Origin: a virus
Taxonomy: Duplodnaviria > Heunggongvirae > Uroviricota > Caudoviricetes
Length of the DNA stretch: 14,074 nt
Reading direction: 5' to 3' (one strand)
IMG/VR virus record: IMGVR_UViG_2778261358_000016
Span: 1 to 14,074 of that record
Shown: positions 1 to 6,891 of the stretch, piece after piece
Numbering within the stretch: the stretch's first letter is position 1
How the letters are laid out: every line of letters starts with the position of its first letter
Made by a program: the position numbers and the translations under genes
Notes under the pieces: generated by a model
Told to the model about the DNA's origin: nothing
What the model saw: only the letters and a program-made list of their open reading frames with translations
The model's database searches: none

Positions 1-71
1 ATGATATACATGTTGATTACACTATGCATCGACAACGATGCCACATTTTTGGCTGGTTGGCAAATCTGTCA

Positions 72-257
72 TCAGGGCGGACAACAACGCCACGATCTCA
101 TCTTTCTTGGGCAATTTTTAAGAAAATCCTCAAGGGCAAATCTTTTTGGCCTTGCTTCCTGTTCATGGTCAGGCATTTCATCCATTTCTCTTAATTTTTT
201 TTCTACCTGTCTTTCAAGTATGGATAATGCGATTTCCCGTAATTCTTCGTTGTTCAT
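72..257 (-). CDS. Hypothetical small protein (61 aa), the only leftward gene in the island; candidate regulator
   Basis: AGGAG Shine-Dalgarno about 7 nt upstream of the ATG at 257 (minus strand); divergent from the rightward operon and adjacent to operator-like dyads; no recognisable motif. Confidence 0.35.
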   Translation of the reverse strand: MNNEELREIALSILERQVEKKLREMDEMPDHEQEARPKRFALEDFLKNCPRKMRSWRCCPP

Positions 258-482
258 TGTCTACTCCTGTAAAGAAATGCGCCGTAGTTCCTCACACCAC
301 GGCGCTGATAGTTTTTATCCTTTGGGTTCTATGCCGCGTTGCTGTAATTCTTTGCGGATTATTCGCTTTATCCAGGCAGCAAGAGAATCATCGCCGTCCT
401 GTTGTTGTGCCTTTTCCATCTTTTCCCGTAAGTCAGGATCTAAACGGAACTGGAACGGAGGATTACCACGCCTTTCGTTTTT

Positions 483-543
483 GTGTATTGACACGTTAAT
501 TACACCTCATATAATGTATTTATGTGTAATGACACATTACACA
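483..543 (+). promoter_or_regulatory. Two operator-like sites sharing GTGTAWTGACACRTTA (483..498 and 524..539); second lies in a perfect 8-bp inverted repeat TGTGTAAT-N5-ATTACACA (523..543)
   Basis: Direct repeat of a 16-bp motif spaced 41 bp apart, one copy overlapping the -35 and one just downstream of the -10; dyad symmetry typical of dimeric repressor binding. Confidence 0.4.
488..515 (+). promoter_or_regulatory. Sigma70-type promoter with consensus -35 TTGACA (488..493) and -10 TATAAT (510..515), 16-bp spacer, driving the rightward small-gene operon
   Basis: Exact hexamer matches read directly from sequence; located about 110 bp upstream of the first rightward gene with a strong RBS. 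Confidence 0.5.
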
Positions 544-623
544 CAATCAACACAAAAAGCAAAGCCCCGCACTGTAGGAGCAGTAACGGGGCTTCTAACC
601 AACAACGTAAACTAGGAGCCGTT

Positions 624-821
624 ATGGTTGCCGTAAATCATATACCACACCTTGTACACACACAAACGGCCTTTGTGTGGCGTTTTCTGGCACTGAGTGC
701 CGGAGAATCTCAAATAATCCACGTAACCGCCTGGACGGAACGCGAAGCGCGTAACCGTTGCCCGTCAGGTTGTGTTGCTGTATTCGCCGCCCGTATTCGC
801 CAGGGGTCACATCATGCGTAA
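624..821 (+). CDS. Hypothetical small protein A (65 aa), paralog of the C-terminal part of the next gene
   Basis: AGGAG RBS 5 nt upstream of ATG; conserved blocks FVWRF and TEREAR...ARIRQG shared with ORF 814..1275, differing mainly at synonymous third positions. Confidence 0.55.
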   Translation: MVAVNHIPHLVHTQTAFVWRFLALSAGESQIIHVTAWTEREARNRCPSGCVAVFAARIRQGSHHA

Positions 822-1275
822 AAACCGCTTGCAAAAAATTATCACGGGGCTGTATGCTTCCCCCGTCGCCCACATGGCGACCGGGTTTAGCAGCCTGAAT
901 ACATCTGGCGGACAGCCGCCCACATCCGATAAGCGGTTTTTTTGTGTCCGTAAACCTACCCATACCCGCATTATGGCGGGGCGTAACGGGGGAGCCTTTG
1001 TGCTCGCTGGTTTCCAGATGACCAGTCTGCTAACCCTGTTACGTCTCGCCACCATGTTTAGCAGCGTAGTAGCGAGACTCCTTAAAATTCATCTGGGAGC
1101 CTTTCACATGGCTGTATCCGCACGCCCTTATTTTGTCTGGCGCTTTATGCAGTGCCTGACAGACAGCATTGCAATATTCACCGTTACCGCAGCCACTGAA
1201 CGCGAAGCACGCGCCCAGCTGCCGCACGCACATCTGATTTTTGTCGCCCGTATTCGTCAGGGGGTAGGCTTATGA
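814..1275 (+). CDS. Hypothetical protein B (153 aa) carrying a C-terminal copy of the protein A domain
   Basis: ATG at 814 overlaps the stop of gene A (ATGCGTAA); AGGGG RBS; C-terminal 60 aa align with protein A (FVWRF, VTAxTEREAR, ARIRQG). Confidence 0.5.
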   Translation: MRKNRLQKIITGLYASPVAHMATGFSSLNTSGGQPPTSDKRFFCVRKPTHTRIMAGRNGGAFVLAGFQMTSLLTLLRLATMFSSVVARLLKIHLGAFHMAVSARPYFVWRFMQCLTDSIAIFTVTAATEREARAQLPHAHLIFVARIRQGVGL

Positions 1276-1502
1276 GTCAGGAAATCACACTACAACAGGC
1301 AGCAGAACGCGCCCACCAAATCGAAGTTATTTGCGCACTGGCAGAGGATTACCCTGGCATGATGACCGACAGCGAATCAGGGGCAATCATCGGCTTACTT
1401 AAACGCCTTAGCGGTGAGGTCTGCGTATTCCTGAGCGATGAACAGGAAAGAAGAACGCTTATTTCTAACGAAAAAAAATGCGGAGGGGTACATGTGCAAT
1501 AA
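1272..1502 (+). CDS. Hypothetical small protein C (76 aa)
   Basis: ATG overlaps stop of gene B (TTATGA); G-rich RBS upstream; no recognisable motif. Confidence 0.45.
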   Translation: MSQEITLQQAAERAHQIEVICALAEDYPGMMTDSESGAIIGLLKRLSGEVCVFLSDEQERRTLISNEKKCGGVHVQ

Positions 1503-1722
1503 AACCACACCGGACGCAGCAGAAGAAGCAATGCAAATACTGATACGTGCGCTCGTTGATGTTACCCACATGGTGGAGATTATGGAGAGAAAATCACAGT
1601 CGGAGCACGACAAAAGAAAACTTAAAACAATAAAAATAATTGCCAAAAACTCGCTGATAAAAGTTACAGACATCCTTAATGAGGACATTAAAAGAATAAG
1701 GGAGAAAATTTGTGATGCATAA
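1492..1722 (+). CDS. Hypothetical small protein D (76 aa) in low-GC cassette
   Basis: GGAGGGG RBS 3-4 nt upstream of ATG at 1492; overlaps end of gene C; region about 37 percent GC by eye versus over 50 percent in flanks; Lys/Glu-rich, likely helical. Confidence 0.45.
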   Translation: MCNKTTPDAAEEAMQILIRALVDVTHMVEIMERKSQSEHDKRKLKTIKIIAKNSLIKVTDILNEDIKRIREKICDA

Positions 1723-1942
1723 AATCCCTTTTGAAGTATTAATCCACTCTGAAAACGCATTAATTAAAGCACGCGAAATGAATGCGTTGTTAATTAAATT
1801 AATTGAAGTGCCGGAAGGTGGTGAAGAATCAGGTGTATTAATGTTTGCAGCCATTCAGACATTACTATCGCCGGTTATTGATGAACTGGATAAGGCAATG
1901 GCAATTCACGAGAATAATAACTCGCCCCATACCGGAGAATAA
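1712..1942 (+). CDS. Hypothetical small protein E (76 aa) in low-GC cassette
   Basis: GTG/ATG start at 1712/1715 preceded by AAGGGAG; overlaps stop of gene D; same low-GC patch. Confidence 0.45.
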   Translation: MMHKIPFEVLIHSENALIKAREMNALLIKLIEVPEGGEESGVLMFAAIQTLLSPVIDELDKAMAIHENNNSPHTGE

Positions 1943-1947
1943 AAATA

Positions 1948-2247
1948 ATGAAACTTAAATATTCTGGCTTAACTGCCAGTGGCAAAACTCGCACTAAATT
2001 CATGCGCGGTGATATTTACCGCGACCAGTACGGCGGCACGGTAATGATTAAGGGCGTGGAGGAACGGCGCGTAACCTACCGTCGTGAAGGCTACGAATAT
2101 GATTGCGTGATGCCTGTTTATCAGTTCGACCGTGATTTTTCTCTGGTGCAGGCTGTACCGCGTAACGTTCCAACCAGCAGGGAGAAAGCACGCGCCAATA
2201 TTCAGGAAATAAGAAAGATGTTGAATGTATTCAGGGGTAAAAAATGA
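1948..2247 (+). CDS. Hypothetical small protein F (99 aa), translationally coupled to the replication helicase
   Basis: Stop TGA overlaps rep ATG (ATGA at 2244..2247); GGAG upstream; no recognisable motif. Confidence 0.5.
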   Translation: MKLKYSGLTASGKTRTKFMRGDIYRDQYGGTVMIKGVEERRVTYRREGYEYDCVMPVYQFDRDFSLVQAVPRNVPTSREKARANIQEIRKMLNVFRGKK

Positions 2248-3650
2248 AACTGGCACCGAACGTAAAACTGTTACCGAAAGATAAACACACTGAGGCGGTT
2301 ATTTTTGCGGGTGATAATGCTCACTCCTTTGCAGAACATTACATGATTGCACAGGCCAAAAAAGCAGGCGATCCCATCCCTCCGGTTTACCTGGGCCGTT
2401 ATCAGTTAAGCGAACTGGACAATTTACAGATTGTTGATGAAGGACGATACAGAGCAAAGGTCATACGCGCCGGAAACCTGGACGATATGCAGATGCTGAC
2501 CATTGCCACCAAACTGGCGATCGCAGGTGTCCGGGAAGCGCGGTTACTTTCAGAGAATTTCGAACTACTGGAGGACTGGAGCGAGCAACTACCGCGACTT
2601 AAAGAAACCTGGGAACGCGGGGAAAGTCTGGTCATGAATGGCGTAAAGCGAAAAATCACACTTCCCATCTCATGGGGTTCTGAGGGATTCGACGCGCAGC
2701 AAAGCTACGTAATTAAGGGGCTTATTCCGGCTGAATCATTATGCAGCACCTACGGGGCCAGCGGTTCTTATAAATTGTTCCTGGCTATTTCCTGGTCGTG
2801 CCATGTTGCCACAGGTATGGCATGGGGAGGCCGCAGGGTAAGTAAGGGCGCGGTTATCTATATCGCTGGCGAAGGCAGTATGGGCGTAAAACGCCGCGTT
2901 AAGGCGTGGGAGATAACCCACGACAAGGTGGTTACGGATTTGTGCATCGTTAACGCGCCTGTCTTCCCTGCATCGCCTGACTATGTGGAGCAGGTTATCA
3001 GGACTGCCGGACTTGTTAAGAGCAGAACGGGCGAAAATGTGCGGCTGATTGTGATCGACACGCTGGCCCGTTGCTTTGGTGGGAATGATGAAAATGATTC
3101 CCGTGATATGGGCGCATTTATCCAGGGGTGTGACGCGATAAAGCAGGCCACAGGGGCCACGGTACTGGTGGTTCACCATTCCGGCAAGGATGAAACAAAG
3201 GGGGCGCGAGGTTCCAGCGCATTCCGCGCTGCACTGGATGCAGAGTACCGAATCAGCCGGGAAAATTCAGACGTTACAGCACTGGTGGCGGCGTGTACGA
3301 AGATGAAAGACGCAGAGGAGCCAAAAGAGAGCGCATACGACCTTAAAAGCGTGGAGGTGTTTACCGATACCGATGGCGAAGAGATTGTGTCCATGGTGGT
3401 GATTGACGTTCCCCGCGCCCCTGCTGAACTGGAGCGCATAGAGGAGGCCGGGAACAAGACGGAAAATCACACGGCTTTATGGGGTTGTATCCGGTCACGT
3501 ATACAGCATGGTGATAAATGCACGATCCCGCTGCTACGTGATGACATGAAAAAGCTGGGATATGACACAAAACACCTTAAACGATGGTTAGCCAAACTGG
3601 AAAAAGACGGCGTGATTTGCGTCGATGGGGATGATGTTCACCCACTGTAA
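2244..3650 (+). CDS. Replication protein, RepA-like RecA-fold helicase (AAA_25 family) with N-terminal and C-terminal extra domains
   Basis: Motifs resembling RSF1010 RepA-type helicases: GASGSYKLFLAISW (P-loop region, deviant), VIYIAGEGS, VIDTLARCF (Walker B-like), VLVVHHSGKDETKGARGSSAF (HH..K and RGSS motifs); iteron array immediately downstream. Confidence 0.7.
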   Translation: MKLAPNVKLLPKDKHTEAVIFAGDNAHSFAEHYMIAQAKKAGDPIPPVYLGRYQLSELDNLQIVDEGRYRAKVIRAGNLDDMQMLTIATKLAIAGVREARLLSENFELLEDWSEQLPRLKETWERGESLVMNGVKRKITLPISWGSEGFDAQQSYVIKGLIPAESLCSTYGASGSYKLFLAISWSCHVATGMAWGGRRVSKGAVIYIAGEGSMGVKRRVKAWEITHDKVVTDLCIVNAPVFPASPDYVEQVIRTAGLVKSRTGENVRLIVIDTLARCFGGNDENDSRDMGAFIQGCDAIKQATGATVLVVHHSGKDETKGARGSSAFRAALDAEYRISRENSDVTALVAACTKMKDAEEPKESAYDLKSVEVFTDTDGEEIVSMVVIDVPRAPAELERIEEAGNKTENHTALWGCIRSRIQHGDKCTIPLLRDDMKKLGYDTKHLKRWLAKLEKDGVICVDGDDVHPL

Positions 3651-3714
3651 AAAGTGGGCGTTAAAAGTGGGCGTTAAAAGTGGGCGTTAAAAGTGGGCGT
3701 TAAAAGTGGGAATA
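3650..3714 (+). repeat. Iteron array: four perfect tandem copies of 13-bp AAAAGTGGGCGTT plus one degenerate copy; further GTGGG-core copies in both orientations to about 3895; candidate origin of replication
   Basis: Perfect 13-bp direct repeats start at the rep stop codon; inverted copy CGCCCACTTT at 3744..3753; additional AAGTGGGC/AGGTGGGC copies at 3774..3890. Confidence 0.7.
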
Positions 3715-3891
3715 GTGGGTAATTTAACTGGAATTTAACAAAATCGCCCACTTTCCCACGTGTATACATCCCAAAAAGTGGGCACTAAAAAAATACTTAT
3801 GAAACAGTACGATATAAAACCACAAAATCCCAGGTGGGACGAAGTGGGAAACCATGAAAAGTTGGTAGAAAAAGTGGGCACAGGTGGGCGC

Positions 3892-4143
3892 ATGACCAGA
3901 AAAACCAGAGATAAGACAGCACCAAAATATCGCGCATTAGACATGACAGAGCACGCCTTAAAGGTGGCAATCAGAACGATAGACCGACACGTAGGGGAAG
4001 GATACGCGAAGGAACATCCCGACCTGATAAGCGCATTCATGACCACAGCAGCGGCAAACTTTGCCACGCTGACAGAACGGGAGATCGCAGAAGCAGAACA
4101 GGTAACAACCATCAACGTTAAAACCGGAGAGGTGGAATCATGA
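3892..4143 (+). CDS. Hypothetical protein (83 aa; start uncertain, ORF is open from 3760)
   Basis: AGGTGG RBS before ATG at 3892; upstream part of the open frame is occupied by iteron copies; stop overlaps the SSB start. Confidence 0.4.
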   Translation: MTRKTRDKTAPKYRALDMTEHALKVAIRTIDRHVGEGYAKEHPDLISAFMTTAAANFATLTEREIAEAEQVTTINVKTGEVES

Positions 4144-4550
4144 CAGCACAGATAGCGGCTTACGGGCGGCTGGTGGACGACCCGCAGGTAAAACAGACCA
4201 GTAAGGGCACACCGATGACGCTGGCGCGTATGGCGGTATCGTTGCCATGTAGTCAGGCGCAGGATGGGCAGGCGACGTTATGGCTATCGGTCATCGCATT
4301 TGGTAAGCAGGCCGACTTCCTGGCTAAACATCAAAAAGGCGACGTTGCCAGCGTATCCGGCACGATGCAGGTCAGCCAGTGGACCGGACAGAACGGGGAA
4401 ACGCGGCAGGGTTATCAGGTTATTGCAGACAGCGTAATCAGTGCCCGTGCGGCACGTCCTGGCGGGAACAGACGCAAAACCACAGGCACACAGGGTAATC
4501 AGCCACCAGCGGGAGGCGATGACCCTTACGGTGACGGTATTCCGTTCTGA
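4140..4550 (+). CDS. Single-stranded DNA-binding protein (SSB) homolog
   Basis: OB-fold core resembling E. coli SSB (WLSVIAFGKQADFLAKHQKGDVASVSGTMQVSQWTGQNGETRQGYQVIADSV), Gly/Gln-rich linker and acidic C-terminal tip DDPYGDGIPF (compare DDDIPF); strong GGAGAGGTGG RBS. Confidence 0.75.
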   Translation: MTAQIAAYGRLVDDPQVKQTSKGTPMTLARMAVSLPCSQAQDGQATLWLSVIAFGKQADFLAKHQKGDVASVSGTMQVSQWTGQNGETRQGYQVIADSVISARAARPGGNRRKTTGTQGNQPPAGGDDPYGDGIPF

Positions 4551-4560
4551 GGGGGTGGCG

Positions 4561-4833
4561 ATGGTACATGACCGCATAGCGGAAGAACTCGAGGCGAAAG
4601 GCTTTTACCGGAGGGCGTCGGCGCGATGGGGTGAAGTCATGCTGCTGGTGGAGACAGACAAGGAACGGCATCAGGTTACGATGCGACGGCTGGAATGTTC
4701 CAGGAAGGCACAGAAGCCACCGGAGCCGCCGGATAACTTCGGAGACCTGAGAAAGGCAGTAGATCGCACTTATGCTGAAATGGGTATAGATGGTGTAAGC
4801 GATGAAATATGGCGAAATTACCAGGACAGATAA
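4561..4833 (+). CDS. Hypothetical protein (91 aa)
   Basis: GAGGGGGTGG RBS before ATG at 4561; followed by an intrinsic terminator; ORF-track start at 4441 would overlap SSB and is less likely. Confidence 0.45.
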   Translation: MVHDRIAEELEAKGFYRRASARWGEVMLLVETDKERHQVTMRRLECSRKAQKPPEPPDNFGDLRKAVDRTYAEMGIDGVSDEIWRNYQDR

Positions 4834-4839
4834 TCACAC

Positions 4840-4862
4840 AGCCGGAGCAATCCGGCTTTTTG
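4840..4862 (+). terminator. Rho-independent terminator closing the replication operon
   Basis: AGCCGGA-GCAA-TCCGGCT hairpin followed by TTTTTGTCATGTTTT. Confidence 0.6.
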
Positions 4863-4981
4863 TCATGTTTTGTAAATTATTTGTTCGTGGTTGTTCCACG
4901 TTGCTCGCTGACCGGAACGGCATATTTTACCCGACCTGAATCATGATTATTCTCGCCCGTGGTGCCAGGACGCTGGGGCCA

Positions 4982-5031
4982 TTTTCCCGCCTGTTAATGT
5001 GCTCGCCAATATTCATTACCAGGCGGGAAAA
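4982..5031 (+). repeat. Perfect 12-bp inverted repeat TTTTCCCGCCTG-N26-CAGGCGGGAAAA in the leader of the capsid operon
   Basis: Arms are exact reverse complements; about 90 bp upstream of the capsid start; not followed by a T-run on either strand. Confidence 0.5.
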
Positions 5032-5120
5032 CGATCGGTGCGATTACTGATTTCCTTATGAAAAACGGTTGAGTGTTTGCCGCGTCCTGGAGTTCCTTAC
5101 TTAACCCCAGGACTTTTTTT

Positions 5121-6278
5121 ATGCCGAGAATAATCGAATTACGCCAGCAGAAAACCGCCATTAAAAATCAGATGCGCGACATGCTGGAGAACGCGGAAAA
5201 AGAAAACCGCAGTCTTAACGATGCTGAGGGCGCAAAATTTGACGAATTACGCGCTAAAGCTGAATCCCTCGATAAAGACATTTCCCGCCTTGAAGCCATT
5301 GCAGACGAAGAGCGCAGCAAGCCAGGTAAAAGCAGCCAGACCACTGACCCCGCAGAACTACGCAACTACATTCTGACAGGTGAAACCCGCGCATTAAGTA
5401 CAGGCGTTCCCGCTGATGGTGGTTATACCGTTATCCCCGAACTGAACACCGAAATCATGCGAATGCTGACGGATGAATCCACCATGCGCCGCATCTGTAC
5501 CGTGAAGAAAATCAGCAGCAACGAGTTTAAGCAGCTTGTTTCCGCTGGCGGTGCGACCGTTAACCACGGTGAAGAGGGTAAGACACGCGAACAGACCAGC
5601 ACCCCGCAGATTAACGAGGTGAGCATTAAGCTGTATCCGGTCTATGCGTACCCGCGCACCACATAGGAAATCGTGGATTTTTCCGATGTGGACATCCTTT
5701 CATGGCTGACGGGTGAGATTGGCGACACCTTCACGGAAACCGAAGAAAGCGATCTGGTTGTGGGCGACGGTGACAAAAAAGCAAAAGGTTTTTTATCCGT
5801 ACCCCGTGCAGAGAAGAACGACAAAGAGCGTGATTTTGGTACGTTGCAGGTAATTAAACCTTCCGAATCTCTGGCGTGGACATCTGCGGACCCGCTGATC
5901 GACCTGAAATTTGCATTACGTAAAAAATACCGCAAAAACGCGGTCTGGGTGGTTAACTCCACGACGGCGGCAAAACTTCAGAAGGTGAAGAACGCGAACG
6001 GTGATTACATCTGGCGCGACCGTTTACAGGCGGGTGATCCTGATACGTTGCTGGGCCTTCCGGTCGAATATCTGGAGTTTATGCCTGATAACGTTATTGC
6101 CCTGGGTGACTTCAAACGCGGTTACTACATTGTTGATCACGAAACAGGTGTTCGCACCAGACCGGACAACCTCACAGAGCCGGGCTTCATCAAAATTTTC
6201 ACGCAGAAATATTTAGGCGGTGGCGTGGTGGATTCGAACGCGATCAAGATTCTGGAACTGCCACAGGACGACGATTAA
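5121..6278 (+). pseudogene. HK97-family major capsid protein interrupted by a single in-frame amber codon (TAG 5664..5666); pseudogene or suppression-dependent
   Basis: ORFs 5073..5666 and 5673..6278 are in the same frame, separated only by TAG; conserved capsid region continues across the stop (YPRTT*EIVDFSDVDILSWL...GDGDKKAKGFL); N-terminal coiled-coil delta-like domain; AGGA RBS before ATG 5121. Confidence 0.7.
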
Positions 6279-6288
6279 CAGCATACAG

Positions 6289-6319
6289 AAGGGGCTTAAA
6301 AGCCCCTTTAGTGTTTTAT
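6289..6319 (+). terminator. Intrinsic terminator/attenuator directly after the major capsid gene
   Basis: AGGGGCTT-AAA-AGCCCCT hairpin followed by TTAGTGTTTT; overlaps the protease start region. Confidence 0.5.
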
Positions 6320-6890
6320 GGGTGAAAAAATTATGAAGAGTATGGAAATCCGGTCATCGGAAATCACTACCAGCGGAGCCGGTACGCTGACGGGCTACGT
6401 TGTTCGCTGGGATAAGCTTTCAGAACTGCTATGGGGGGAGTTTTACGAAAAATTCCAGCGGGGGGCGTTTACTGAGTGGCTTGCGGCGGGTAATGACGTT
6501 CGCGGCCTGTATGAGCATGACCACAGCATGTTACTGGGGCGCACCCGTTCCGGCACGCTGAAACTGGAAGAGGACGAAACAGGGTTACGCTTTGAACTGA
6601 CCCCACCGGATACCAGTACAGGGCGCGACGTTATCGAACTGGTTAAACGAGGTGATATATCCGGCATGAGCTTTGGCTTTCGTTCCCGTAAGGATGTATG
6701 GGATACCACAACAGATCCATGCGTGCGCACCGTGCTGGTGGCGGAACTATACGAAATTACCGTTACATCCGTACCGGCTTACCCTGATTCCGGCGTGGAG
6801 CTGGCCCGCCGCTCCCTGTACGAGCAGCACCCCGAAAAAATGCCGCGTGCGGATAATCGCCGCTGGTGGGCGGATTTAGCGGGGGTGTGA
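6318..6890 (+). CDS. Prohead maturation protease, HK97 family (start may be 6333 or 6342)
   Basis: Position next to capsid and portal; motifs LYEHDHSMLLGRT and GDISGMSFGF consistent with HK97-type prohead proteases. Confidence 0.75.
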   Translation: MGEKIMKSMEIRSSEITTSGAGTLTGYVVRWDKLSELLWGEFYEKFQRGAFTEWLAAGNDVRGLYEHDHSMLLGRTRSGTLKLEEDETGLRFELTPPDTSTGRDVIELVKRGDISGMSFGFRSRKDVWDTTTDPCVRTVLVAELYEITVTSVPAYPDSGVELARRSLYEQHPEKMPRADNRRWWADLAGV

Positions 6891-6891
6891 T

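Noticed and set aside
1-615. Long plus-strand ORF (204 aa) at the left edge
   Set aside because: Cys/Ser-rich low-complexity translation with no RBS; it runs antisense to the leftward small ORFs with a good RBS and spans the promoter/operator region, so it is most likely a chance open frame.
2402-3570. Minus-strand ORFs inside the rep gene (2402..2668, 2739..3179, 3173..3457, 3267..3470, 3361..3570)
   Set aside because: All lie antisense within a well-supported + strand gene with clear family motifs; they lack RBS and have Ser/Arg-rich shadow-frame composition.
4891-4903. 13-mer TTGTTCCACGTTG also present at 12475..12487, a possible att-like direct repeat
   Set aside because: About one or two exact 13-mer matches are expected by chance in 14 kb; the first copy is internal to the island rather than at an end, and the flanks do not extend the match.
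5073-5120. GTG at 5073 as the capsid start
   Set aside because: No Shine-Dalgarno upstream; ATG at 5121 is preceded by AGGA at suitable spacing and begins the coiled-coil N-terminus typical of HK97-type capsid delta domains.
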